Of a stretch of 64,000 nucleotides of DNA, positions 10,773 to 20,034 are shown piece after piece. Location: NCBI GenBank assembly GCA_965208625.1, contig OZ242348.1, forward strand, positions 465,948 to 529,947, given 5' to 3'. The translations under genes were made by a program, and so were the position numbers. The notes under the pieces were generated by a model that was not told where the DNA came from, ran no database searches, and worked only from the letters and a program-made list of their open reading frames with translations. Numbering within the stretch: position 1 is the stretch's first letter; each line of letters starts with the position of its first letter. The DNA comes from Dehalococcoidia bacterium (GTDB taxonomy: Bacteria; Chloroflexota; Dehalococcoidia; Lucifugimonadales; Australimonadaceae).

Positions 10773-12019
10773 TACGGGGCCTCGCGCAGCGCACGCCGTT
10801 CTACTACGGATGGGTCGTTGCCGGCGCGGTGCTGATGACGATGACGATCAGCGGGGCGGTCGCTGCCCCGATGTTCAGCGTCTTCATCCCCCGGTGGTCG
10901 GACGAGTTCGGCTGGTCGCGCACGGCCATCTCCGGCGCGTTCAGCTTCGGGACTGTCGCTGCCGCGCTGGCCGGTCCGCTGGTCGGCAGGGCGCTCGACA
11001 AGTACGGCGGGCGGTGGGTGATGGGTGGCGGTGGGCTGCTCATGGCGGCCTCGGTTGCGGGACTGGGGTTCGTGGGGAGCCTCGTCGGTCTTTACGCCGC
11101 GCTCGTGGTCGCGCGCACTGCGTTGATGAGCATCCAGAACTTGGGCGGGCACACGGTGATCGCCAACTGGTTCGTGCAACAGAGGGCGTTCGCGACGGCG
11201 ATCGCGGTGAATGGGAGCCGCCTGGGGCTGGGGCTGTGGCCGCTGCTTGGAGCGGCGCTCATCGCCGTGATGGGCTGGCGGGAGGCGCTGTGGATGGTCG
11301 GCGCGCTCATGGCGTTGCTGTCGTTCTTCCCGCTCATTGCCATCGTCTCGCGGCAGCCGGAGGACGTGGGGCTGTACCCGGACGGGCGTCCGCCGCTGTC
11401 CATCCAGGAGGCCCAGTCGCGACAGGTGCGTGCGGAGCACCAGTGGCGTCCGCGGGAAGCACTGCGCACGCATGCGTTCTGGCTGCTGCTGTTCGCGCAC
11501 ATGGGCGCGATGGTGGCGGGCGGCGGCTACGGCCTGCATCGCATCCCGCTATTCCTCGACCGCGGCCTGGCGGACGATTGGGTGGGCCCGGTGCTGATGT
11601 TCCACGCGGTGGGCATGCTCGTGGGCGGGTTCGTTGCCGCATGGTTCATGGGGCGCACGTCGTACCGCATCGTCATCGCGGGATCGATGGCGGGGGCGTC
11701 GGCGGCGATGGCGGCTGCGGGGTTCATCCCGCCGGGCGTGCCGATGGCTGTGTTTACGTTCGCGGAATCGATGGTTTTCGGCGGCGTTTTCGCGATGTTG
11801 CCCGTCGTTTACGCCGAATATTTCGGGCGCGACTCGCTTGGAACGATACGAGGTATCGCGCATCCGGCGGTGGTGGCGTCGAACGCGGTCGGGCCGGTCT
11901 TCGCGGGATACGTGTTCGAATCGTCGGGGGCGTACACGATGGCGCTCGTTACCTTCAGCGTCGTGTTGGGCGTGGGGGCGGTCAGCGCGCTGCTGGCGCG
12001 CCGCCCGGTCCTGCGCTGA
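10769..12019 (+). CDS. MFS transporter (second, 4-nt overlap with the first)
   Basis: 416 aa, polytopic, with a GPLVGRALDKYGGR MFS loop motif. Confidence 0.75.
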   Translation: MIRGLAQRTPFYYGWVVAGAVLMTMTISGAVAAPMFSVFIPRWSDEFGWSRTAISGAFSFGTVAAALAGPLVGRALDKYGGRWVMGGGGLLMAASVAGLGFVGSLVGLYAALVVARTALMSIQNLGGHTVIANWFVQQRAFATAIAVNGSRLGLGLWPLLGAALIAVMGWREALWMVGALMALLSFFPLIAIVSRQPEDVGLYPDGRPPLSIQEAQSRQVRAEHQWRPREALRTHAFWLLLFAHMGAMVAGGGYGLHRIPLFLDRGLADDWVGPVLMFHAVGMLVGGFVAAWFMGRTSYRIVIAGSMAGASAAMAAAGFIPPGVPMAVFTFAESMVFGGVFAMLPVVYAEYFGRDSLGTIRGIAHPAVVASNAVGPVFAGYVFESSGAYTMALVTFSVVLGVGAVSALLARRPVLR

Positions 12020-12081
12020 GGAAGCAGAGCCTGGAAATCGGCGATGTTCGCCATGGGGTAATCGCAACCAAGTATCAGTTT

Positions 12082-12127
12082 CCGGCACCTTGTTGACATT
12101 CGTGCCGGAGAGGTAAACAATCTCTCC
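12082..12127 (+). promoter_or_regulatory. Candidate promoter with two inverted repeats (operator-like) upstream of the His/Cys-rich gene
   Basis: TTGACA at 12093..12098, a 17-nt spacer, then AACAAT at 12116..12121. IR1 is CCGGCAC (12082..88) / GTGCCGG (12102..08) around the -35. IR2 is GGAGAG (12107..12) / CTCTCC (12122..27) around the -10. Confidence 0.45.
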
Positions 12128-12171
12128 TGAATCCACGGCTGATTCTGGGAACGAGCACTCAAGGAGGAAAG

Positions 12172-12435
12172 ATGACCACTCACGTTCGCGAGCATGACCA
12201 CAGCGAAGCGGGTGACCACTGCCACGAGCACGAGGGCGAGCATTGCCATAGCCATGGCGATGTGCACTGCCACGAGCACGGCGCGGGCCACTGCCACGTC
12301 CACGGCGACGAGGCATGCGCGTCCCTCGGCGGGGGCGAGCAGTTCGACGAGCACGGCGCCGAGCACTGCCACCAGCACGGCGAGGAGCACTGCGCGGACG
12401 CGGACGACCCGCACCACGCACCCCACGCAGCGTAA
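12172..12435 (+). CDS. Small His/Cys-rich protein with reiterated H-C-H motifs (putative metal-binding/metallochaperone)
   Basis: 87 aa: DHCHEHEGEHCHSHGDVHCHEHGAGHCHVHGDE ... EHCHQHGEEHC. Strong AAGGAGGAAAG Shine-Dalgarno. Confidence 0.65.
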   Translation: MTTHVREHDHSEAGDHCHEHEGEHCHSHGDVHCHEHGAGHCHVHGDEACASLGGGEQFDEHGAEHCHQHGEEHCADADDPHHAPHAA

Positions 12436-12488
12436 GGTCTCAAGAAGAGTGCTATAGTGCCGGTTGATAGCCGGTAAGGCAGCTTGGG

Positions 12489-12520
12489 CGGCGGCCTGGG
12501 ATACCGGGCCGCCGTCTTTG
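12489..12520 (+). terminator. Strong hairpin plus a short T-rich tail between the His/Cys-rich gene and the CDF gene (terminator or attenuator)
   Basis: 11-bp stem CGGCGGCCTGG (12489..99) / CCGGGCCGCCG (12504..14) with loop GATA, followed by TCTTTGTGT. Confidence 0.45.
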
Positions 12521-12540
12521 TGTAAAGGAGCCGTGTCGTT

Positions 12541-13935
12541 GTGACAACTGAACACCGCCACGAGGATGAGGGCGACGATCACGACGAGCATGAGCATGGC
12601 CACGAGGGCCATGACCATGATGCGCAGGCCGAGCACGACCATGGCCACGACCACGATGCGCACGCCGAGCACGACCATGGCCACGAGGGCCATGACCATG
12701 ATGCGCACGCGGAGCACGACCATGGCCACGAAGGCCACGACCACGACGCGCATGCCGAGCACGACCATGGCCACGAGGGCCACGACCACGACGCGCACGC
12801 CGAGCACGACCATGGCCACGAAGACCACGACCACGACGCGCACGCCAGGCATGACCATGGCCACGAGGGCCACGACCATGATGCGCACGCCGAGCATGAT
12901 CACGGCCACGAAGACCACGACGCGCACGCCGGGCATGACCATGATGATCACGGGCACGGCGGGCACGACCACCACGGACATGGCCACGAGGGCCACGACC
13001 ATGACCACGCCCACGACCTGCGCGGAGCAAGCAAGAAAAGCCTTGTCATCGCCCTGGCGCTAATCTCCAGTTTCATGTTCGTAGAGGTGGTGGGCGGCGT
13101 ACTGTCGGGGAGCCTTGCGCTGCTCGCGGATGCGGGCCACATGCTCACGGACGCCGCGGCGATCCTGCTCGCGCTCTTCGCCATGTGGATAGCGGAGCGC
13201 CCCGCGTCGGTCGAGAGCACGTTCGGCTACTACAGAACCGAAGTGCTTGCCGCGCTGGCCAATACGCTCAGCCTGTGGCTCATAGCGGGCTGGATATTCT
13301 TCGAGGCATACCACCGCATCAGGGATACGCCCGAGGTCGAGGGGCCGCTGCTCCTCGGAGTCGGCGCGGCGGGTCTGGTCGTCAACATCCTGGCGGCCTA
13401 CGTCCTCCACCGCGCGGCGGGCGAGAGCCTGAACGCCGAGGGCGCGTTCCAGCACGTCATGGCGGACCTGTTCGGCTCCATCGGCGTCGTGGTATCGGGC
13501 GTGCTGATTCTCGCGTTCGCGACGAGCCCGGACTCCCCCTGGTTCATCGTCGACCCTATCCTGAGCATCGGCATCGGCCTGCTCATCCTGCGGAGCTCCT
13601 GGGGCCTGTTCATGCGGGTGTTCAACGTGCTCATCGAAGGCACGCCCAAGCACCTGGACATGTACCGCATCTGCAGCGACATGGAAGACGTCCCCGGCGT
13701 GACCATCATCCACGACGTACACGCCTGGACGATCACTTCCGGGTACGACGCTATGACCGCGCACGTGCTGGTGGACTCCGCCCAACGCGGCAAGGAGGAC
13801 GACATGCTCGCCCGGCTGCGTGAGATCGCCTACGGCTACGGCCTCGGCCACGTGACCTTGCAGTTGGAGTACTCCGCCACGGATTGCGAGGAGAACCACC
13901 ACGTCGAGCACCTGGTAGCGCGTTCGCGGGCATAA
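12541..13935 (+). CDS. Cation diffusion facilitator (CzcD/ZitB-type) divalent-metal efflux transporter with a ~155-aa His-rich N-terminal extension
   Basis: C-terminal ~300 aa has CDF hallmarks (LLADAGHMLTD, HVMADLFGS, 6 TM, cytoplasmic domain). The N-terminus is H/D/E/G/A only. Confidence 0.85.
   Translation: MTTEHRHEDEGDDHDEHEHGHEGHDHDAQAEHDHGHDHDAHAEHDHGHEGHDHDAHAEHDHGHEGHDHDAHAEHDHGHEGHDHDAHAEHDHGHEDHDHDAHARHDHGHEGHDHDAHAEHDHGHEDHDAHAGHDHDDHGHGGHDHHGHGHEGHDHDHAHDLRGASKKSLVIALALISSFMFVEVVGGVLSGSLALLADAGHMLTDAAAILLALFAMWIAERPASVESTFGYYRTEVLAALANTLSLWLIAGWIFFEAYHRIRDTPEVEGPLLLGVGAAGLVVNILAAYVLHRAAGESLNAEGAFQHVMADLFGSIGVVVSGVLILAFATSPDSPWFIVDPILSIGIGLLILRSSWGLFMRVFNVLIEGTPKHLDMYRICSDMEDVPGVTIIHDVHAWTITSGYDAMTAHVLVDSAQRGKEDDMLARLREIAYGYGLGHVTLQLEYSATDCEENHHVEHLVARSRA
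12601..12924 (+). repeat. About 7 tandem 45-bp coding repeats (unit HEGHDHDAHAEHDHG) inside the CDF gene
   Basis: The 15-aa unit repeats with point variants (HEG/HED, AQA/AHA/AHAR). Confidence 0.85.
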
Positions 13936-14063
13936 CGGCTTGGGGCAGATACACACGGGAGAGGGGGCGCAACAGCGCTCCCTCTTCATGTCCGGCGCCG
14001 ACAACGCGATGCTCGCTTGCCGTTGCGTTCCCCGCCTCGTAACCTTCCGCTCGGAGGTGGGTT

Positions 14064-14888
14064 ATGGCTGACTATCCCCGGAACGACCTGCTCGTCGAGA
14101 CCGGCTGGCTCGCGGAGCATCTGACGGACCCGAACGTACGCGTCATCGAGATGGCGCAGGACGGCAGCGACTTCGAGGCCGGGCATATCCCCGGCGCGGC
14201 GCTCTCGCCGACCTGGCAGGTCAAGGGCTCGGAGCAGAAAAGGCTTGTCGCGCCGCCGGACGAGGCGAAGGCGTGGTTCGAGTCCGTGGGCGTCGGCGAC
14301 GATACGCTCGTCGTGGGGTACGACCGCTTCCACAGCCGGGATGCGTCGCGCCTCTGGTGGGTGCTGAACTACTACGGCCACACCAACGTTCGTGTGCTGA
14401 ACGGCGGCTGGACGAAGTGGACGGCGGAAGGCCGCGACGTCGAGTCCGGCCCGTCGCAGGTTGCGAGCGGCGGCGTGACGTTCACCCCGCAGCCTCCGAA
14501 CCATGATATCGAATCGGACATCGACAAGCTGAAGGCCGCTATTGGCGCGGACGACACCGTCATCTGGGACGTGCGGACGGAAGCCGAGTACACGGGAGCG
14601 AACCCGCGCGGCAACGCGCGGGTAGGGCATGTGCCCGGCGCGGCGTTCCTGGAGTGGGTGCATCTCGTGGCGGACGACGACACCTTCAAGTCCGCAGAGG
14701 AGATCGAGCAGATAGCGCGCGGGCTCGGCATCACGCGGGAGAAGACGGTCCACGTCTACTGACAGGGCGGGGTGCGTGCGTCGCACGCCATGCTCGCCCT
14801 CAAGCTCATCGGCCACGAGTCCGTGTGCATGTACGACGGCTCGATGGGCGAGTGGGCCAATCGGGACGACACCCCGCTGGAGGTGTAG
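14064..14888 (+). CDS. Two-domain rhodanese (thiosulfate/3-mercaptopyruvate sulfurtransferase-like) with in-frame TGA at 14760..14762 in the catalytic Cys position. It is either a candidate selenoprotein or a pseudogene.
   Basis: ORF track stops at 14762 (..KTVHVY*). The same frame continues QGGVRASHAMLALKLIGHESVCMYDGSMGEWANRDDTPLEV to TAG 14886..88. Y-[TGA]-QGGVRAS equals the rhodanese active-site loop C-x-G-G-x-R-(A/S). Total 274 codons, which is the normal length. Hairpin at 14770..14789. Confidence 0.65.
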
Positions 14889-14910
14889 GCGCGCGCTCCC
14901 GGTGCGGTCG

Positions 14911-15723
14911 CTACTCGATGGCGAACACCGCCTGCACGCGCACGCTCACCTCGAGTTCGCCGCCGAAGAACTGCGTCGGTGGGCCAGCGGAGTCCATCGC
15001 CGCGACCGCGAACCGTGCTTCGGCCACCGGGAACTCATTGAAGCTGCCCTCCGATATGGAGACGAGCGGGCCGCGAACGACCGAGAGTTGCTCGGCGTAG
15101 AGGTCTGCCTTCGCGAGAGCGTCCTCGATGGCGAGTATGCGCGCCTCTTCCTCGAGCGCGCTCGTGTCCTCTATCTGGAATGAGACGCTCTGAACGCGGG
15201 TGAGGTCGCCGCCCGCGGTCACCGCGCGGTCCACGACGTCGCCGGTGGCGTTCAGGTCGCGCAGCGTGACGCTGAGCGTGTTCGTCACCTGGAAGCCGAG
15301 CAGTTGCTGCTGGCCGTCGCGCACGTACTCGTAGCGGGGGTTGATGGAGAAGCGCGCCGTCCGGATGTCGTCCTCGGCGACCCCTGCGGCGCGCAACTCC
15401 TCGACGATGGCCGCGAGCGACCGCGCGGCGTCGTCCCGCGCCTCGCTCACGCTGTCGCGCAGCGCCTCGACGCCCAGCGAGATGACCGCGATATCCGGCT
15501 CGCCGGAGACGGTGCCGACTCCCGCGGCGTGGATGCCGCTGTTCGTGTCGTAAACGATCGTGCTGTTGCCAGTGCGCAGGTCGGTTGCCGCGGAGCCGTC
15601 GGCGTCCCCATTGCCGTCGCCGTTGCCGTTGCCGGAGCAGGCGGCCAACACGGCCACCATCACCAGCGCTGCGCTCAGCAGCAGGACAGTCTTCCTGGCT
15701 CCGGATGTCTTGAGGGTGGTCAT
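14911..15723 (-). CDS. SIMPL/DUF541 (BP26-like) secreted lipoprotein
   Basis: Signal peptide plus lipobox LAAC. C-terminal SIMPL-like pattern (VTLRDL ... AIEDALAKADLYAEQL). Start trimmed to ATG 15723 (AGGAGA upstream). Confidence 0.7.
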   Translation of the reverse strand: MTTLKTSGARKTVLLLSAALVMVAVLAACSGNGNGDGNGDADGSAATDLRTGNSTIVYDTNSGIHAAGVGTVSGEPDIAVISLGVEALRDSVSEARDDAARSLAAIVEELRAAGVAEDDIRTARFSINPRYEYVRDGQQQLLGFQVTNTLSVTLRDLNATGDVVDRAVTAGGDLTRVQSVSFQIEDTSALEEEARILAIEDALAKADLYAEQLSVVRGPLVSISEGSFNEFPVAEARFAVAAMDSAGPPTQFFGGELEVSVRVQAVFAIE

Positions 15724-15869
15724 GCGTTCTCCTGTTCTGCCGGTTGGTCGCACGGTGTTCTCGTTAAGGATAACGTCCCGAACCGTAGCGCGGTTCCGGT
15801 GGCGATGCTCCCGCGCGGCGTTCCCGTATACTGAAGAGTACGCGCCGAGCCGCGCGTTCGTTCCCTGTC

Positions 15870-16442
15870 ATGCGCTCTATCCTCCGCGAAACCATCCAGA
15901 CCATCGCGCTTGCGACCTTCTTCATCCTGCTGCTGCAGGGCGGTGTGCAGAACTACCGGGTGGAAGGCCCCAGCATGCTTCCCCTCCTGGAGAACCAGGA
16001 TGGCGTGTTCGTCAACAAGCTGGCGTACGAGACGGTCGACGCGGAGCACGTGGCCCGCTGGGTCCCCGGGCTGGGGGCGGCGCCGGGCGAGGTGTGGTAC
16101 CCGTTCGGCGAGCCGGGCTACGGCGACGTGGTCGTCTTCCGCTGGCCGAGGGACGAGCGGCAGTTCTTCGTGAAGCGCGTCATCGGCCTGCCCGGCGACG
16201 CCATCGAGATCGAGCGGGGCGAGATATACCGCAACGGCGAACCGCTCGCCGAGCCGTACGTGGAGCACGCGTCCGGCGAGACGATCATCGAGCGCGTCGT
16301 GCCGGAAGGCCACTACTATGTGCTGGGCGACAATCGCGCACAGAGCGACGACTCCCGCCGGTGGGGGTTCGTGCCCGCGGAGAACATCGTGGGCGAGCTG
16401 TGGTTCGGCTACTGGCCGCTGGAGCGTTTCGGCTTCTTCTAG
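15870..16442 (+). CDS. lepB: Signal peptidase I
   Basis: GPSMLPLL (catalytic Ser box), VKRVIGLPGD (Lys box) and GDNRAQSDDSRRWGFVP. Confidence 0.9.
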   Translation: MRSILRETIQTIALATFFILLLQGGVQNYRVEGPSMLPLLENQDGVFVNKLAYETVDAEHVARWVPGLGAAPGEVWYPFGEPGYGDVVVFRWPRDERQFFVKRVIGLPGDAIEIERGEIYRNGEPLAEPYVEHASGETIIERVVPEGHYYVLGDNRAQSDDSRRWGFVPAENIVGELWFGYWPLERFGFF

Positions 16443-16530
16443 GGCAGGGCGTGGTTCGACAGGCTCACCACGAGCGAACGAGGCTCACCATGAGCGGACG
16501 AGCAGTGGTTTACGGTAGCCTTTAGGGGAT

Positions 16531-16605
16531 GCCCCCGTAGCTCAATGGCAGAGCGCCGGGCTTTTAACCCGGGCGTTGCAGGTTCGAGTCCTGTCGGGGG
16601 TACCA
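16531..16605 (+). tRNA. tRNA-Lys (anticodon TTT), CCA encoded
   Basis: Hand-folded cloverleaf: acceptor GCCCCCG/CGGGGGT, D arm GCTC-AATGGCA-GAGC, anticodon arm CCGGG-CTTTTAA-CCCGG, T arm GCAGG-TTCGAGT-CCTGT, discriminator A, then CCA. Confidence 0.85.
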
Positions 16606-16854
16606 TGGTGTACCGATCTCATAACCTCCCAGTTGAAGGCGACCTACGCGGTCCCAACTGAGACGGAGCGCGCCACGTGATTCGAGCTTGCCCGCCTATC
16701 AACGCCAGGGCGAGGATATGATCCGCCTGGGAGCAGGGGTCCGGCTCCATGTGCCCCGGGCGGTGCGTTCGAGCGCTTCCGCAGGATCGAAGCGGATCGC
16801 GTCGTCCGCGTGAACCACTGGGAAGCAGGCACCGAAATGTGAGGAGGATGCCCG

Positions 16855-17979
16855 ATGGCCGCCGCGACAACCCTGACCACGATAGACGCCGATACGCACA
16901 TCGACGAGACCGAGGACACCTGGGAGTACATGGCCTCCAGCGAGGCACAGTTCAAGCCCGTGGTTGGCTACCCAAGCAACCCCAGCCCCGGCAGGGCGAC
17001 ACAGCGATTCTGGGTCATCGACGGCGACCGCCAGCCACGGCTGCACAGAGAAGACTCCAAAACGATGACCACAGTCGAAACGCGTGAACTGCTGGACGTC
17101 GGGGCGCGGTTGCGGGACATGGACGGGCTCAACGTCCGAACCCAGATCATCTATCCCACGCTATTCCTCGTCCAACCCACTACCAAGCCTGAGGGAGACG
17201 TGGCCCTCAAGCGTGCGTACAACCGGTGGTTGGGGGACCGGTGTGCCGAGTCCGACGGTCGGCTGGGGTGGCTGTGCCTCCCTCCACTGATGGACATGGA
17301 CGAGGCGGTCAAGGAAGTACGATGGGCCAGGGACCACGGGGCGGTCGGCATCTTCAAGAAGGGCAATCGGGAAGCCGACCACAACTTCACGGACGAGTAT
17401 TTTGACCCGTTGTGGGAGGTCGCCAACGAACTGGAGGTGGCGGTGTGCATGCACATCGGCAGCGGCATCCCCAACACCCGTGAGAACCGGACGGACGGCG
17501 ATTTCCGGGGCCCGCGCGTGCCCTTCGCCTACCTGCCCGAGACGTTCTCGTCACTGGTACTGAGCAAGCTGCCCCACCGGTACCCGAGAATCCGCTGGGG
17601 GTTCATCGAAGCCGCGTCAGGCTGGATACCGCACGAGCTCTACCAGATAAGGCGCCGTCTCGATCACCCTGGCTCTCTGGGACCGTCCTCAAAGACGCTC
17701 ACGTATGCTGACCTGCCGGACGGGTTTGATACCCTGCACGACACGCTGCGGGAGTTGAACATCTTCGTCACCTGCCTCGTGGATGAAGACCTGCCCTACA
17801 TCCTCAATTTCGCAGGCGAGGACAATATCCTGGTGGGCTCCGACTACACACATGCCGACCAGTCCCAGGAGCGCCATTTCCAGGAAGCGCTCCAGACGCG
17901 TGTAGACGCAGGCGAGATCTCGCGGCAGGCTGTCGACAAGATCCTCTGTGATAATCCGAAGCGACTGTACGGCTTGTAA
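16855..17979 (+). CDS. Amidohydrolase_2 family metal-dependent hydrolase
   Basis: IDADTHIDE N-terminal motif, 374 aa, GAGGAGG Shine-Dalgarno. Confidence 0.75.
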   Translation: MAAATTLTTIDADTHIDETEDTWEYMASSEAQFKPVVGYPSNPSPGRATQRFWVIDGDRQPRLHREDSKTMTTVETRELLDVGARLRDMDGLNVRTQIIYPTLFLVQPTTKPEGDVALKRAYNRWLGDRCAESDGRLGWLCLPPLMDMDEAVKEVRWARDHGAVGIFKKGNREADHNFTDEYFDPLWEVANELEVAVCMHIGSGIPNTRENRTDGDFRGPRVPFAYLPETFSSLVLSKLPHRYPRIRWGFIEAASGWIPHELYQIRRRLDHPGSLGPSSKTLTYADLPDGFDTLHDTLRELNIFVTCLVDEDLPYILNFAGEDNILVGSDYTHADQSQERHFQEALQTRVDAGEISRQAVDKILCDNPKRLYGL

Positions 17980-18018
17980 GGATTCCGCTGCCGAGCGCTG
18001 TGCGCCGAGGAGGGGACC

Positions 18019-19179
18019 ATGCCTCACGCACTCGATGGAATAAGGGTGATCGACCTCACGACGGGCATCGCCGGTCCCGGCACCGCTGTGTACCTTGCCG
18101 ATCAGGGCGCCGAGGTCATAAGGGTCGAACCGCCGCCTCAGGCCGCCTCCGCCGACCCGGCTGCCGACGCCGGCACGGGTTACGTCGTGCAGAACCGGAA
18201 CAAGCAGAGCATGACACTGAACCTCGCCACCCCGGAGGGGAGGGAGGTCTTCAGGAGGCTCGCCGAGTCCTCCGACATCCTGATCGGGAACATGCGTCTC
18301 GCTGCGGCGCAGAAGCTTGGCGTCGACTACGAATCGGTCCAGGCGATCAATCCCCGGCTCATCTACGCATCCATCAGTGCGTACGGCAGCAGGGGCCCGT
18401 ATGCGGGCAAGCCGGGCTATGACCGCCTCACCCAGGGATTCTCAGGCGCGCAGTACCGGCGTTGGGAGAATGGCGTGCCGGTGAGTACGGGCATCTTCCT
18501 CTCAGACCCGTGCATACCGATGCTGCTGGGCTACGCCATCACGCTGGCTCTCCTCCAGCGGGAGAGGACCGGCCGCGGGCAGCTGATCGAGACCTCGCTC
18601 CTGCACGCCGCGATAGCCATGCAGATGACCAGCCTGGTCAAATTCGAGAACGAGGAGGAGCCCCATCACGAACTCGAGATGCCTGCCTACGGCATCTACC
18701 GTTGCGCCGACGATGTCTTCGTCAACGTGACCGCGCTTCGCCCGGCGCAGTTCCACCGCTTATGCATGGTTCTCGAGCTGCCGCACATCGCCGAGGACCC
18801 TCGGGCGAAGATACCCGACAACAGCACCAGGGACTTCCGCGAGGAGATCTACCCGGTGTTCGAAGCGATCTTCGAGACCAAACCCTCGAAGGAATGGCTG
18901 AGATTGCTCGACGAGGCAGATGTCCCGGTGGCCCCCGTGCTGGAGCGTGACCAGGTCTTCTACGAACCCCAGATGGTTGAGAATGACATGTTCGTAAGGG
19001 TGAACCATCCTGAGAAAGGGCCGGTGCTTTCCTTTGCTCCTCCCTTCACCATGTCGGGGGTTGACCCGGTGGACCACCGGGCGCCTCCTCTGTTGGGTGA
19101 GCACACCGGCCAGGTGTTGAGTGGTCTGGGGTACTCGTCCGAAGAGATAGAGGGACTGCGCGCGACGGGCGTGGTCTAG
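18019..19179 (+). CDS. Family III (CaiB/BaiF) CoA-transferase
   Basis: LDGIRVIDLTTGIAGPGTAVYLADQGAEVIRVEPP N-terminus, 386 aa. Confidence 0.85.
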   Translation: MPHALDGIRVIDLTTGIAGPGTAVYLADQGAEVIRVEPPPQAASADPAADAGTGYVVQNRNKQSMTLNLATPEGREVFRRLAESSDILIGNMRLAAAQKLGVDYESVQAINPRLIYASISAYGSRGPYAGKPGYDRLTQGFSGAQYRRWENGVPVSTGIFLSDPCIPMLLGYAITLALLQRERTGRGQLIETSLLHAAIAMQMTSLVKFENEEEPHHELEMPAYGIYRCADDVFVNVTALRPAQFHRLCMVLELPHIAEDPRAKIPDNSTRDFREEIYPVFEAIFETKPSKEWLRLLDEADVPVAPVLERDQVFYEPQMVENDMFVRVNHPEKGPVLSFAPPFTMSGVDPVDHRAPPLLGEHTGQVLSGLGYSSEEIEGLRATGVV

Positions 19180-19223
19180 TTCCCGACGGGGTGTACTTAC
19201 CGCCAGAGAAAGCAGGTGCCTGA

Positions 19224-19997
19224 ATGGCAGAAGTCCACTACGAGAAGCACGGGTACGTCGTGCTCATCACGATGGAAGGGGACAACGACCTCAACCTGGG
19301 GATGACGACGGACCTGCTCTACGATCGCCTCGCTGCGTACGCGGCCGACGACGAGCTCCGTTGCGCCATCATCACGGGCGCCGGGCAGCGGGCCTTCTCT
19401 GCCGGTGGCAACCTCAAAAGCGCCGCTCAATCAGGGCGTATCGGCGGACCGAGCTCCATCTGGGACCCAAGCCCCCTGACCATCATCAACGGCCTCGAAC
19501 TGCGCAAACCCATCATCGCCGCGGTCAACGGCTATGCCATCGGGGGCGGATGTATGCTGGCGCTCGCCTGCGATATACGCATCGCCTCCGAGAATGCGGA
19601 GTTCGGCATCCCGGAGATTAAGTACGGCATTCCTCCCGGAATGGGCGCTCCTCAACGCCTTCCCAACCTCATCCCACTGGGCGCCGCGTTGGAGATGCTG
19701 CTCACCGGCGACCGGGTCAAGGCTGACCAGGCGCTGCAGTGGGGCCTGGTGAACCGGGTCGTGCCGCAGGACGAGTTGCTGGACGCGGCGTTCGACCTCG
19801 CCAATCGTATCGCTGCCAGCCCTCCACTCGCCGTGAAGGCGGTCAAGGAGATCGTGTACAGGTCTCGCGAGATGGCGTTCCGGGACGCCGTCCGCATGTC
19901 CGAACTGCTCGGACACATCGGACGCGAAACCGAAGATGCCCAGGAGGGCCTTCGCGCGTTCGCCGAGAAGCGGAAGCCGGACTTCCAGGGACGCTGA
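19224..19997 (+). CDS. Enoyl-CoA hydratase/isomerase (crotonase) family
   Basis: ITGAGQRAFSAGGNL ... AAVNGYAIGGGCMLALACDIRIA oxyanion-hole motifs. Confidence 0.85.
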   Translation: MAEVHYEKHGYVVLITMEGDNDLNLGMTTDLLYDRLAAYAADDELRCAIITGAGQRAFSAGGNLKSAAQSGRIGGPSSIWDPSPLTIINGLELRKPIIAAVNGYAIGGGCMLALACDIRIASENAEFGIPEIKYGIPPGMGAPQRLPNLIPLGAALEMLLTGDRVKADQALQWGLVNRVVPQDELLDAAFDLANRIAASPPLAVKAVKEIVYRSREMAFRDAVRMSELLGHIGRETEDAQEGLRAFAEKRKPDFQGR

Positions 19998-20034
19998 GGA
20001 CGCATATGAGGACAGGATCGGCTGGAGGTGCGAT

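Noticed and set aside
11809-13030. 401-aa (VVVA/MV-rich) and 192-aa (RGHG-repeat) ORFs on the minus strand
   Set aside because: They are the reverse-complement readings of the His-rich 45-bp repeats and of the MFS gene end. The plus-strand CDF and HCH-protein genes have RBSs and functional motifs.
16606-16854. tRNA-Lys 3' flank as an integration site for a genomic island
   Set aside because: There is no integrase, no direct repeat of the tRNA 3' end and no compositional shift downstream. The next gene is a host-like amidohydrolase.
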